From contig JAWQFM010000015.1 in the NCBI GenBank assembly GCA_033442325.1, forward strand, positions 188,843 through 252,842: a stretch of 64,000 nt of DNA. Reading direction: 5' to 3'. Origin of the DNA: Salpingoeca rosetta. Lineage: Eukaryota > Protista > Choanoflagellata. A model generated the notes under the pieces. It was not told where the DNA came from. It saw only the letters and a program-made list of their open reading frames with translations, and ran no database searches. Shown one piece after another: positions 36,617-50,512 of this stretch; position 1 is the stretch's first letter; each line of letters begins with the position of its first letter. The position numbers were made by a program, and so were the translations under genes.

Positions 36617-37351
36617 GAAGGCAGTTCGTTTGGCGATGTAAGGCGGGGGAGAGGTTACGAACAGCTACTTCCCTCTGCTGCTCTTTCTTCTTTCGTTATG
36701 TCACAACATTAATTCCGTGCTTCCTGTTTGCTTGCTTGCGATTATGTTACACATTACAATTATGTCACTTTGCAGTTGCCCAACTGCCGTTGCCTTTCGT
36801 TTGCTTTGCTTGCTTCCTTTTCTGTGTTCAACGCACTCTGCACGCGCCATTCCCTGGCTCGCAACTCTCCCCTTTTCTCTCCCATCTCCCCTTCCCTCCC
36901 TCTTTCTTTCTGTCCTTGAGTCAGACAATGCTTTATTTCTTTCGGGCTATGTACGATGTTGGGTTGTTACATTACAATACACGTTGACAGACAATACACG
37001 TACACGTTGACTCAGTGCACTTGCGTGCGACATGAGCGAAACATGACTTGAATGCGCTACGCACAGCAGTAAGCAAGGTGTAAGTCAACAACAAGAAGAA
37101 AGAACATGCAACGGGAAGCGGGGATGGAAAGCACTCGGTGCGGTTAGTGGTTGGTTGTGCCTGGTCAGGTAGGTGTTGTGATGGAGTGATGTGGTGCACG
37201 ACGCACACACACGCATACAAGGTTAATCATACTGGCCAAATTAGTACCCGAAGAAGACAAGAGAGAGAAGAGGGGGAAGAAGCAGAAACAGCCATGTGAG
37301 CTGTGCCGGCATGATACATGCTCGTGCAGGTCATGTCAGAAGAAATGGAAG

Positions 37352-37353
<2 letters not shown>

Positions 37354-37417
<64 letters not shown>
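37354..37417. repeat. (GA)n microsatellite
   Basis: Seen directly. Confidence 0.95.
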
Positions 37418-37420
<3 letters not shown>

Positions 37421-37527
37421 GGACGCGTGTGCGCGTCCGAAAGGCGGACTTGAAGGGAAAAAGCATTCGAAGGTGCGATGGGACGCGTTCGTTGATGAAC
37501 ACGTGTGCGACGTTGTCGTCGATGCCC

Positions 37528-37664
37528 TCAGAAGACGCACGACTGCTTTCTGGTCACGGGCACTTTGCCGCGGCGGCTCGCCAGCTGTTTCTGCTGTCGC
37601 AATCTGAAGGTTGCGTGGAGGGGGGGGGGGAATCAAGGTGGGATGCATGTGAGAATCGCGCGTG

Positions 37665-37718
<54 letters not shown>

Positions 37719-39426
37719 AGACACAGACACAGACACAGACACAGACAGACAGACACACACACACACACACACACACACAAAACAACATCCCTCACCCCTC
37801 CCTCTTTTCCTGCAGACGTACTCTCGCTCGAGCTGCTGGACGCGGTCGAGGGCCTCCTTCAGCTGCGTGCTCGTGTCGGGGTCAGGGTCCGGCCGCAACA
37901 GCTCGCTCTTCAGAATGTCAGAGGTGGTCGGCCGCTCGCCCGGCTGCTCAGAGAGCATTGCCATGACAAGGTGGTTGAACTTGGACGAGTAGCCGGCAAG
38001 CGGTGGCGGGCTGTCGCGCAGACGGTGCCACTCTGGCCCGTTTGCAGCGAGCGGCACGAGGCTGGCGAGCTCGTACATGGTGCAGCCAATGGAGAACACG
38101 TCCGCCTTGGACAGATCGCGGTACTGGCCCTTCAGCACCTCCTGTATCAAGAAACGGTCGACGTGAGGGTGTGGGTGAAGTGAGAGGGGAAGCGAGTGAG
38201 TGAGTCCTGAACAAAAGCAGCTTCATTTGCACGGCAGGTCGTAGCACAGACACACAGACACAGACATTCAGTCGCACACACACACACACAGACACACACA
38301 CACATTCACACACACACACACACACACAGCAACCTTGCCACTCACGCGTGCGAGGTATCTGCTGTCGCCCTCTTCTGCCGACTTGTCATCGCGGCGCGTC
38401 ACCAGTCCAAGATCGCCGAGCTTAAACGACACCTTCTTCAGCACACCACTCCCAGCAACATGCGCCTCCTGTGCATGTGCATGTGTGTGCTCTGCGTCCA
38501 CGATGATGTCAGCAACATCAACGGCGTCGCCCGCATCGCCCGCATCCGATGTCCCGCACGTCGTCACCGTCGCGCTCTCGGGCTCAAACACGTCGTCAGC
38601 GCTGCCCACCGTACTCGTGCTCGTAATCACACCCAGACCACTGCTGTTGGTGCTGTTGGTGATGGTGTTGTCTGCGTGTTCGCGCGGCATGAGCGGGCGG
38701 CGCGCCATCATGGTTGCTGTCGCCGTCTTGCCAGCACTGCATGCGGAAGCAAACGCATCGCTATGGGTGCCAGCAGCACGGCTGCTATCATCATTTCCGC
38801 CACCAAACAGCTGCAACCGGCCCCTTCGCCCCTGCTTCTTGGCTGCAGCAGTGTCGGTAACCGTGGCATTCGCGGTGGCAGTGGCGGTAGCACCGATGTT
38901 GCTGTTGGTGCTGATGGCGTCTGTGTTTGCGTCACCCTTCGCGTTGTTAATAGTGGACACGCCGAGACGGGACATGGTGCCGCTGACAGAGCCGCCACCT
39001 TCACCATCACTCCCGCTCTCTCCAAACACAGACTCCAGGTCTGAGGGCAGCGTGCCCGACGTGTTGAAGCTGTTGGACCCGCTGCTGTGCTCATCATGCT
39101 CGTGCGCACCGTCATCTTTACCACGAGCACCCTCCATCGTTGCTGTCTGCTCGTCATCCTGGTGCCATCCCCGCAGTCGTGAACGGGACCGTGAACGCGT
39201 TCCCCGGCTCAACCCACGACCCCTCCTCTCCTCCTCATCACCATCGTGGCTGTTGGTGGTGTTGTCTGCGTCCTCCTCATCAGTCAGCTCAACATCCGTC
39301 GACTCATAACCAGGCTGCACCGCAGCGTCATCCGCCGTCATTGACATGCGCTTGTCAAGCTGTGCGTGTGGGTGTGTGCGCGCGTGAGTGTGTGAGTGTG
39401 TGAGTGTGTGTGTGTACATGTGTGTG

Positions 39427-39465
<39 letters not shown>

Positions 39466-40449
39466 ATATGTGCGTGCACATGTGTGTGGGCGTGTTGTGA
39501 TGAGCGCAAGAAAAGAAAAAAAAAGTAGCAGCGCCACGCATCCTCCTCCTCCATCCTCCCCACCACTGCTTCAACAAACCTTCCGCCGTGCCCGTGCGGC
39601 CTGCCGCGGTTTCGCCACGCGCCCAATCGGCTCCTCGTACTTGATCAGGATGTTTGCGGGCTTGATGTCCATGTGCACCAGCTTCAGCCGATGTAATGCA
39701 TGTGTGCCCAGTGCCTGAACATGTGTGTGTGTGTGAGTGTGAGTGTGAGTGTGAGTGTGAGTGTGTGTGCTCGTACATGATCAAGTGCAAACGGACAATA
39801 CCACGACACCACGACACCACCACCTCCTCCTCCTCTTGCATTGCAGCAAACAGGGACGCACCAGGTGTTTGAGGATGACGAGGAGCGTGTGCTCGAGAAA
39901 GGGCCTGTTTGCGCGCCTGTGGTCATCAAACAGCTTGGCCAGGGTGCCGCCGTCACAGTACTCGTTCTGGATAATCATGCGATTGTCCTCCTCCCACGCG
40001 GAGAAGTAGCGCACAATGTACGGCTGCGCCTGCAGCACCGCATGCGCATACACCTCCCGCAACAGCTGCCGTCTGCGTTGCCAAACAGGTGAGGTGGTGG
40101 GGGATAGGGGCGAGTGAGAGAGAGAGCAATGAATGGCTGAGGAGTTGACTGGGTGGTTCACTTGTGCGCCAGCAAGACACCTCCAGAACGGCTGCTTTCA
40201 AACACGAACCATCAACACAACACGACACCAACCCCACTACCCTCCGTCACTACATCACGCAACTTACTCTTCAGCGAGGCCGGCGATGCGTTTGCGCGAC
40301 TTCTTGATGGCGTACACCATCCCATCTGTCGAGAACATCGAGAAGCGTGAGGGGGGAGTGGTGGCGGAGGTCGGACGCGATCACAAGAAAGGAGAGACAC
40401 GCAACGACCCGAACCAACGACCCGAACCAACGACAACAACCCGCAACCG

Positions 40450-40511
<62 letters not shown>

Positions 40512-41948
40512 ACCGAGCTTGTGTCTGCATTTGTAGACGGTGCCAAAGTCGCCTTTGCCAAGGATGCTCTCCTCAACAAACTCCTCACGATAGCGCCGCA
40601 CAACGCTGAACGTCTGTTGATTATGGTGGCAGCACAACAGCGAGAGACAACACCCACGCGGCAGTCGTGAGCAGTAGCATCGCAAAGCGAGCCACAAGAA
40701 ATCAACAGTGCGCAAACACACACTCCACAACGGCAAACACTTTCACACCCCCAGCCCCCAACCCCACTTATCTCAACACCCAACGTGAACGTGCACCTTC
40801 TTGTGCGGCTGCGGGTTGTTGCGGAGCAGCGGCTGGGAGTCGTCGTGCCCGCGCTTGCCCTTGGTGCGCGGCGTAAACGGGTTGACGTTGGCGTGGTTGG
40901 TGTTCTGGTCGTCGCCCTCAGAGGCAAGCACCACGCTGTTGTTGCGCATGAGGACACCTCGTCGTGCACGGTGCAGCAGGCTGCGTGGCGTTGCCGGCTG
41001 GTTCCGCAACTGGATGTGCGAGTCCTGCTTCGACAGTGGGATGGGGGAGTGCGGGGTGGCTGCAAACGTGCCTGCCGTCCCCAGGGACAGCAGCGCCGTG
41101 TTGCCCACACCACGCGCTGTGGCATCGCGTGGGTGGAGGTGTTGGCGCCCGGAAAACGCGGTGTCAATGTGGTCCGGGCTCGTCGCACACACGCGCATGG
41201 CTGCTGCTGTCGGTGTTGTTGGTGGGATTGCCATCGAAGGTGCGCAGAGGTTCGGCCGCGGCCGCGGTGAGCGCATGGCAAACGCTGCGCGCGGGCCCTT
41301 GCGTGCCGGTGACGGCGGCACCTCCGTTCGCGGCGGGCACGGCGATGCTGGCACGTGCGCCATCGAGAACGTCATTGTCGTCGTTGGTGGCGGGGGCGGC
41401 GATGATGCGGTGTCGTCAAACCCAAGCACCGGCCGCGGACGGGGCGGGTTCGGGGAGCGCGGCACAGGCATGGGCCGCCGCCTACGCGCAGAGTCGCGTG
41501 GTGGCGTGTGCATGCCCTCGCTAAACTCGAGGAAGGACGAGCTGTTCAGGTCGTCACCACCAAAGTCGCGGGAAAGCAGCAGCGCTGGTGGGGTGCGCGG
41601 CTCCTCAGCGTCAACGCCAACGTCGACAGTTGTTACTGCTGATGATGTTGGTGGTGGTGATGGTGCTGTTGTTGTTGTTGCTGTTGTTGTTGCTGTACTT
41701 GTTATGGCTGGAGTGGAGGTTATTGCATGGCTGCCTTGGCTGAATGATAACCTGCCTCCTCCTTGAGGTGACGAAGGCACCCCTGTTGCGTGATGTGCGT
41801 GTGAATGAATACACAAGTGGAGTCATGACGCGGTGAACAACCAGCCTGCGAGAACAATGCAACAAAGCGACACTGCAACGGCACAAGCAACACGCAGCAC
41901 CTTGTTCTCACCTTCGTGGGTGCAGTTGTTGAAGTTGGGCTCTGCCAT
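37528..41948 (-). CDS. WEE1: Wee1 kinase, multi-exon
   Basis: RYREEFVEESILGKGDFGTVYKC, YAIKKS, LREVYAHAVL, VRYFSAWEED, QNEYCDGG, LVHMDIKPANI, FKLGDLGLV, EEGDSRYLA, KADVFS; NVNPFTP motif in the N-terminal region; ends RKQSCVF*. Confidence 0.95.
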
Positions 41949-43073
41949 GATCGCCTGTCGTGCGGTGGTTGCGAGTTGTGTTTGTTGTGTGTGTGTGTGT
42001 TTGTTGTGTGTGCGTGTGTGTGTGTGTGTTTGTTGTGTGTGCGTGTTTTGTGTGTGTGTGTGTGTGCGTGAGTGTGCGTGAGTGGAACAGTGCCCATTTG
42101 TGTGAAGATGTGTAGACTGATGAATGGAAGGAGCAGCAATGACAGATGGGCGATAGCCCACTCAACGCATGTGTACCGCCACCACCTGCACCACACCCAG
42201 CCAGCCAGCCTGTTCGTGCATGTTCTTCAAACAAGTGCAAAAGGCTGACCAACCAACGCCACACCACTCGGTCGACCGTGCACCCACAGCATGTAACGGT
42301 TTCTGCCACCATCCCAACCACGCACACATACACATACAGACTGCGCCAGACCAACCTATGCGCGCGAAACACGGAGGTGATGGTCAGAAACGGCGCACTC
42401 GACTTGTGCGCTGGCTGGTGCTGATGGTGTTGCTGCTTGGCAGCCTCAACAAAGACAGGAAGCAACGAGAGGCGGCTCCCCAACCAACACAGCTCAGCAA
42501 ACAGTTGCACGACCAAGCTGGTGATGGAATGGGTGTGCGCAGCTCGCTGCTGGTGGCTGCTGGTGGCTGCTGTTGTCTTGGTGTTGTGTTGGTCTGTTGT
42601 CACAGGTGTTGTTGATTGTGTCAAAGGGTGCGGCAGGTGTTGAGACAGCTTGCTTGCTTGGCGTGGAATGCAATCGACGCGAGGCAACTGCCACAAGCAA
42701 CAAAGGGGGCGACGCACAAGAACGAGCCACCAAAGAAGGCTTGCTTGCAGCTGCTGGCAGCCAACAAAACAACAAAGGGAGAGAGAGGTTGGATGGGAAA
42801 GCTCTGCACAACAAACACACACACGCTCGCAGCACAAAACAGAAGGGGACGGTCAGGGCACGACAACAGCTGCGGCTGTTCGAGTTTTCGGCGGGAATGC
42901 TCAACGGTCACCGAACATGAACATTGATTGAAATCATACATAAAGCCCGTGACTACTGTATTTGATGCAAGTCACTTCAAAACCTGCAACTTGAGGGCAG
43001 CATTGCAATTGGCAAAACACACCCGGCACGCTTGCAAAGCGTGGTCGGCAACAACGACAACAAAGGAGAGAGC

Positions 43074-43809
43074 ATGGCGCAGCAGCGTGCTGGCAGTGGT
43101 GGTGGTGGCAGTGGTGGTGGCGCAGTGTTGATGGGGTTGCTGCAGAAGGTGGTGAAGACGCCAGCGCTGGTGCATGATGTGGATGTGGAGGAGGAAGTGG
43201 CGGGTGTGTTGAAAGCATACGCAGAGGAGCTGCTGGGCAGTGGACAGGAGGAAAAGGCCCTGTGGCTGTACTCGAAGACATGCAGCATGTTTCGAGCGTC
43301 GTGGCTGCTGCGCCATGACTTTGCGCTGACCCTGTACCGGGCGAGACGGTGGTCCGACGCGCTCGCCCTGTTAGAGGAGTGCATGCAGTTGGCGCCGGAG
43401 GAGGCCTGCATTGTGGAGTCACACGAGAACATTGTCAACCTCGTTGTGGAGCGCTGGCACTTTCGCATGCTCAACGACAAGCAGCGCAACGTGGCGTACC
43501 GCAATGCATTGCAAGCGGCAGTGGCCGAGAGGCTGGCCACAGGCTCCACGTGCACCGTGCTGGACATTGGGGCGGGCACCGGGCTGCTCAGCTTGTATGC
43601 CCTGGAAGCAGGCGCAACCGCCGTCTACGCCTGCGAAATGAACGCGCCAATGGCAGAGGTGGCCCGCGCATGCATCCGTCAACACCAGCAAACACAGCAG
43701 GAGATGAAACGGCAGGAAAAGAAGGAAAAGAAGGAACAGGGGCAGCGTCTGCAAGACAGAAAACAGCAACAACAACAGGAACAACAGCAGCAACAGCAAC
43801 AACAACAGG

Positions 43810-43906
<97 letters not shown>

Positions 43907-46626
43907 GCAACAGCACCAGCAGCAACAGAAGCAAGGGCACTCAGCCATGGCTGGGAGCTCAGGCATGCCTCATACCGATCATGCCAGCTCACGAGACGAT
44001 CACACAGATGAGTGCAGCCGTGCGTTTGGCGACGCCAAGATCCATGTGCTGCAGAAGCACTCGGGTGCGCTGTGCATCGGCGAGGACCTGCCAGAGAAAG
44101 TGGACATTGTTGTGACGGAGCTGGTGGATGCCGGGCTGCTTGGCGAACACATCCTGCCCGTCTTGGCGGACGCACGTGCGCGCTTGCTGAAGCCAGATGG
44201 CGTCATCATCCCTGACCACGCCCATCTCTACGGCGCAGTCGTCAGCAGCACGGATCTCAGCACGCGGTGCCGCGCGACGTTTGCGGGTGGCGCGATGGTG
44301 CTGGAGGCAGGTGACATGTACACGTGCGAGAACTTGTCGCTCGTGGACCACACGATGCTGACGCCACCCGTGTATCTCGGCACAGTGCCACTCAGCCCAG
44401 CAGCTGGTGTGAGCGGACAGAAGTTTCATGTGCCGGTCACAGCGCTCGCCACGGGCACGGCGCACGCCATTGTGACCTGGTTTGATATGCAGCTCCTCAA
44501 CACCAGCGACTGCAGCAGCGCGTTGGGCGAGGACGTTGATGGCAGGGGTGATGATGATGATGATCATGATCATGATGGTGGTGTTGCTGGGAAAGAAGAA
44601 GAAGATATTGTGTTGGAACCGCAGCGTGCACAGCTTCGTCGTGGTGAAGATCAAAGAGAAGCTGATGTGGATGATGGCAAGTGTCGTGACGGACTCGAAC
44701 ACCACCATGTGCAGGAGAGACTACAGACACAGCAGCATCCGGAGGGAAGCAGGCCGTTGACACACGTGAGCACATCGCCCGGGCGCGGGCTGTGGTGCGG
44801 CTGGGACCAGTGCGTGCACTTCCTGCCGTCTTCACCAGCAGTGACAGCAGGGGAGGCATTGTTGTTAGATGTTTCGCACGATGGCGACACGGTTTCTGCC
44901 CGTTTGCGTCGTGACAGCACGCCGGATCACAGCACGTTGCACCACGGCGGCGGCGGCGATACCAACAGCAGCGCTGATGCGAGCACGAACCACAGTGCAC
45001 GTGTTGTGATGGCTGCGATGGGGGAGGCAGACATGGCCGCAGCCAACGATCGCTTGTACCACGAGGTGCTGGTCCGTGGCGTGGCCCGAGACCAAGTGCG
45101 AGGTCGACAACAACAACAACAACACCGCTTGGATGTAGTTGCGTACGTGTGTCGGGCGTGCTCAGTGCTGCCGCTGATGCACAGGAAACACGCGAGCACG
45201 AGAAGTGGGGAGTGTGTGGTTGTTGTGGACGATGGAACGCACGTGCTTGACCCAGACGATGGAGACGAACACGAACAGCTGCAGCACGCAGCCACACATG
45301 ATGGCGATGATGATGGTGGTGATGGCGATGGTGATGGTGATGGTGATGGCGATGGTGATGGTGATCGTGGCGCACTGTGTGCGTGCTCTTGCAAAGGCGG
45401 TAAGCACAGACGAAGGAAACGACGACAACGCATGAAGAACACCGTGACATCGGCCGCCAACGAGAGCGATGGCAATGAGGCTGATGATGATGATGATGAT
45501 GATGACGACGACGACGACGACAATGGCAACGATGGTGGTGATGGCGATGGCCGGGGTTGCCATGATGATGACGATGATGATGGTGTTGTGCCTGCGTCTT
45601 CACCTGGTGGCCGCTGCTCGAGCGTGGTGAAAGCGTGCGGTGGGGGTGTGTTGCGGGCGGCGTGGGAATTGGAGTATGACACACCGCTTTCGGGCCGTGT
45701 GTTCACGGCTCCGTTTGAAACACAGGATAGGCAACGGCTCACGACAGCAGCACATGCGCTTGCACGCACGATCGTACACATGTGCACTGCGACAAAACAG
45801 CAAGCGAAAGGCGATGGGATACAGAAGGTTCACGGCAATGACAGCGATGGTGGCAAGGACGAAGATGATAAGGAAGCAGAAGAAAAAGAAAGCGAAGGAA
45901 TGGAGAGTGGAGGAACCTGTGCACGAGAAGCGGATGATGATGATGAACACACTGGCCGAGCTGCTGTGGTGTGGGAGGCGCTGGAGCCTTCGGGCGTGTT
46001 GCGTGCGGGTGTGCTGCCATACCTTGAGCAGCTGCTGCGCACGCTCGGAAAGACGGGCCATGGAGACGGGCGGGATGGGGAGGTGGAGGAGGGAGGAGGA
46101 AGTGCCGTCGATCATGGTGGTGGTGATGACGACGACTGCGAGGACACGATCAACAGGCACCAGCTTTGTTGTGATGATGATGATGATGATGACAGCAGTG
46201 GTGGTCGTGAGGGAAACAAGGAACGAGCGGCACACGTGCCACCATTTGGTGCTCAGCCACGCCTGCTGTATCGCCAGCAGCCGTCGCTGCGTGTGCACGT
46301 CAGTCCGTGGCGCGTGGACGTGTGCATATTGCCTGTTGAGAGCGAGTACCTGTGGCACTGCAACAACCTCAACGCAGCTCACACCATGATGGACCTTGAG
46401 CCGTTTCACCGCTTCCGCGTGCGTGTGTACAAGGACATCGTGCTCGACAAAGTGCCGCACATACCATTGTGCACGGCACTCACCCTCCCGCTGCTGCGCA
46501 TTGGCACCAGCGATGATGATGGCGATGGTGATGGAGATGATGATTGCGATGGTGAAGATGACGGTGTGGGACGGGACGAGGGAGAGATGGTCCATGATGC
46601 CGTTGAACAGCAGCAGCAGCAGCAGC

Positions 46627-46718
<92 letters not shown>

Positions 46719-46747
46719 CGGCAGTGCACAGGCACACACACATACGC

Positions 46748-46805
<58 letters not shown>

Positions 46806-46848
46806 CGGCAGTGCACAGGCACACACACATACGCACAACAACAACAAC
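43074..46848 (+). CDS. PRMT9: PRMT9-like arginine methyltransferase (TPR-like plus methyltransferase modules); one long exon whose 3' end runs into the gap
   Basis: NLVVERWHFRMLNDKQRN, VLDIGAGTGLLS, VYACE, DIVVTELVDAGLLGE, HAIVTWF and CGWDQ are characteristic of PRMT9. Confidence 0.85.
46608..46848 (+). repeat. (CAA)n tracts interrupted by two copies of a 30-bp unit (RQCTGTHTYA), period 87
   Basis: cggcagtgcacaggcacacacacatacgca at ~46719 and ~46806. Confidence 0.85.
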
Positions 46849-47186
46849 NNNNNNNNNNNNNNNNNNNNNNNNNNNNNNNNNNNNNNNNNNNNNNNNNNNN
46901 NNNNNNNNNNNNNNNNNNNNNNNNNNNNNNNNNNNNNNNNNNNNNNNNNNNNNNNNNNNNNNNNNNNNNNNNNNNNNNNNNNNNNNNNNNNNNNNNNNNN
47001 NNNNNNNNNNNNNNNNNNNNNNNNNNNNNNNNNNNNNNNNNNNNNNNNNNNNNNNNNNNNNNNNNNNNNNNNNNNNNNNNNNNNNNNNNNNNNNNNNNNN
47101 NNNNNNNNNNNNNNNNNNNNNNNNNNNNNNNNNNNNNNNNNNNNNNNNNNNNNNNNNNNNNNNNNNNNNNNNNNNNNNNNNNNNNN
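46849..47186. other. Assembly gap (~338 N)
   Basis: Run of N. Confidence 1.
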
Positions 47187-47234
<48 letters not shown>

Positions 47235-47706
47235 TGTGTGTGTGTGTGTGTGTGTGTGTCTGTCTGTGTGTCTGTGTGTCTGTCTATCCATCTGTCTATC
47301 CATCTGTGACTTTTCGACACTTGCCAGCTCATGCACACCACACTATCCGCGTGTGCAGTTGTCATGAAATCGCCCCAATCAAGAGTTTAGAACTGAGTTG
47401 AACTGGCAACAGACCGAGTTGGGGCAAAATAAACGAACAAAACAGAGCAGACGCACCAGCAGCGACTGCGACACAGAGAGATCACAACAGATGATGAAAG
47501 GAAAACAAAACAAAACAACCCAACTTCACACACTCATATGTGCACACACACACGCACACACACCCACGCACGCACCCTCCTTTCTTCACTCTCTCCCTCG
47601 CAACACGTCCAAGGGCAGCACGCATGCAACAAGACGCAAACCCACACGCAACACACATGGCCATGATGAGATGATCATGTCGAAAACTGGAGCCTATGGA
47701 TGGAGC

Positions 47707-48643
47707 CTACTTCTGCTTCTTTGCATTCTTTGCCGCGTTCTTTGCCGCGTTCTTTGCCACGTAACTCCGGATGTAGAAGTTCATGAACAGCGCAATCATC
47801 GTCACCATGTACGTGATGTTGGCCTGGTGGTGGCGTGGACACGTGAGGGTGGCGGGAGGAGGTTTGAGGGTGAGGTGGGGGTGAAGAGAAGCGGAAGAAC
47901 AACAGGTGGCAGCACGCAAGATGTGGACATGATGCAGAACAAGACGGTTTTGATTTGAAGTGCATGTGCGTGTGAGCGAGTGCGTTCACAGCACAGCATC
48001 ACAACACAACCCAGAACGACGCATAACAAGCACATGCATAACGCAACACACAAAGCCACATCCACAGCAGGGTACGCACCCATCCCATCCACTCGAAGAA
48101 GTTGCAGTTGCCTGCCCTGACTTCGTAGACGGCGGTGGATGTGGTGAAGAGCACAAAGAAGAACTGCGCCAGCTGCAGCTGTGTCAGGTACCGCTTCCAC
48201 CACAGATATGGCCGCACCCGCGGGCCCAGCGCAGCCAGCATGTAGTACGAGTACCTGATGAGTGTGGATGAGTGTCAGTGTGTGTGCGTGTGTGCGTGTG
48301 TGTGAGTGAGTAAAAGGGTGTGAAGTTGTGTGTAGCTGTGTGTAGTTGTGTGTAGTTGTGTGTAGCTGTGTGTAGTTGTGTGTAGTTGTGTGTAGCTGTG
48401 TGTAGTTGTGTGTATGTGTGTAGCTGTGCCCCCCAACACACACACACACATCCACCACCAGAGCCATATCACCGCACATGATGACGTGGATGCAGGAGTT
48501 GATGGCTGCAGAGTAGCACGACTGGCCCCCTGGCGCCCAGCGCGTGCCCATCCACCACAGCGGGAACATGGTGGAGTGGTGGTACAGGTGCAGGAACGTC
48601 ACTTGGTTGTCTTTCTTCCGCAGCACAAAGAACAGCTGGCAGT

Positions 48644-48730
<87 letters not shown>

Positions 48731-49060
48731 TGAGCAAAGGGGCAAACAATCAAGTGCAGTGCCTAAAGGACATCTCACAACAACAGCACAGCACAGCAAT
48801 CCCAACGAACACACAGCACATCAGAAGCATGCAAATCGTAATACCGTGTCCAAGAATTCAATGCACTTGCTGAAGTAGAACCACCACACGCCCTTGGCAA
48901 GCTGCGAGGAGAGCGAGAAGAAGGCAAGTCAGCACGTGAACAACTCATGAAGTACACTAATGTGCTTACACACATGCACACACGCACACACACCTGTGCA
49001 TGCACCTATACACAGCACACACACACACACACACACATATACCCAGCACACACATACACC

Positions 49061-49093
<33 letters not shown>

Positions 49094-49312
49094 ATCAACG
49101 CACCCTCAGCGAGTTCTCGTTTGTTGGATCCTGGTTGACTGGCGCGCACCACAGGCTCATCTTCTCGGCAATGATGTTGCGGATCAGCTGCAATGCACAT
49201 GCAAGCAAGACAGTGACACATAAGGGTACACGGTGAACCCGTCGTCATGACACGCACTGACATTCCTGCATCTGAGAGCTAGCTCCCTCTGTCCCTCTGT
49301 CCCTCACTGACG

Positions 49313-49357
<45 letters not shown>

Positions 49358-50149
49358 ACACACACACACACACAAACACAAACGCACATGCTACCCCACG
49401 CTCCCTTCCGTTGTTCCCTTGCCCGCTGCACACCTCGTATGCGATGTAACCGTTGAGGGCGACGACGAACATGTTGTAGACGATCAAGACATACTTGAGC
49501 TCGAATGGCTTGCGATCTGGATGGCATCCAAAGCACACAGTACAGCGATGTTGCCAGATGTGAGCCCATCGTCATAGTTGCGAGTATAGTTCATCCACAC
49601 CACACTGATCACATCCACCACACAAACCAGCCAGAAAGCACGTGATGGAATGAACCCCCAAATCAACGCCAACAACCAACGCCAGCAAAGCAATCCTCAC
49701 ACTGCTCCCTTTCCGACCCTCAACCCCACTCCCTCCCTCCCTTGACTCTGTGCCTGTACCTACCCTTCATGTAGCTCTGGCCAAACTTGATGATGAGCAG
49801 GTACATCGCAGACATGGCCAAGGTCGGCACGGGCGACGACATGAGCAGCCAGTCGCTCGTCCTTGGATCTGTCCACCCACAAGACGAAAAAAAAAAAAAA
49901 GCAAGCGCATCATGAGCGATACATGCGCAATGCCGAGCAGGCAAGGCTGCTTCATCACTGGGTTCACAAAGCTCACCTCTCAATCCTAACCACAATCCCA
50001 CGTCGCGCCACCTTCTCTCCACCACCCACGCTCATGCGCTCACTCGGTTGCGCAACCGGTGCCGCCCACCGCCATCACTCACCGGCGTTGGTCATCATGT
50101 AGTCGTAGAACTCCATGATGGCGTCCATGGGCCACATGGCAGCAGCCAT
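47707..50149 (-). CDS. ELOVL4: Very-long-chain fatty acid elongase, ELOVL4-like, 8 exons
   Basis: [27 protein letters not shown]|[26 protein letters not shown]|[26 protein letters not shown], and a C-terminal KKQK ER-retrieval motif. Confidence 0.93.
48324..48427. repeat. Intronic 10-bp minisatellite (TGTAGYTGTG)n
   Basis: About 10 copies inside an ELOVL intron. Confidence 0.85.
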
Positions 50150-50512
50150 CTTGGTCGATGAGGCAGTGAACTGGCACTGAAGCGAGTAAGGGAGGGGCTG
50201 CGACTCACACACACACACACTCGCACACGTGTTGTTGGTTGTTGGCGGGTGCACTGGCTGGCTGGGATTTTGTGGGCGTCGCTGGCTGGGCACAAGCTTG
50301 GTTGGATTGAATTTACCACACGAGCGGTGTTGAAGTGGTAAAACAAGGTTTACCACGGAATCAGGTGATTCTGAGGTGGTGGATTCAAAATGCGTGCGCA
50401 CACTAAAGTAAAATGTGTGCGAAACATATACTGTTTCAGTAATGCGACAGGACAAACTGTAGATTCCCCCACGTTTTCCCCCTTCTTCCCGCGCGCTGCA
50501 CACCGAGCCACG
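50150..50512. promoter_or_regulatory. Probable bidirectional promoter (ELOVL / squalene synthase)
   Basis: Divergent ATGs separated by 363 bp, with an AT-richer core. Confidence 0.55.

Noticed and set aside
37528-37545. Wee1 C-terminal SCVF as a prenylation signal
   Set aside because: The Cys is third from the end, so it is not CaaX. RKQS better fits the C-terminal Wee1 phosphosite.
46608-46848. Repeat-spacer-like pattern resembling a CRISPR array
   Set aside because: Only two identical units separated by (CAA)n, in a eukaryotic coding frame next to a gap, with no cas genes.
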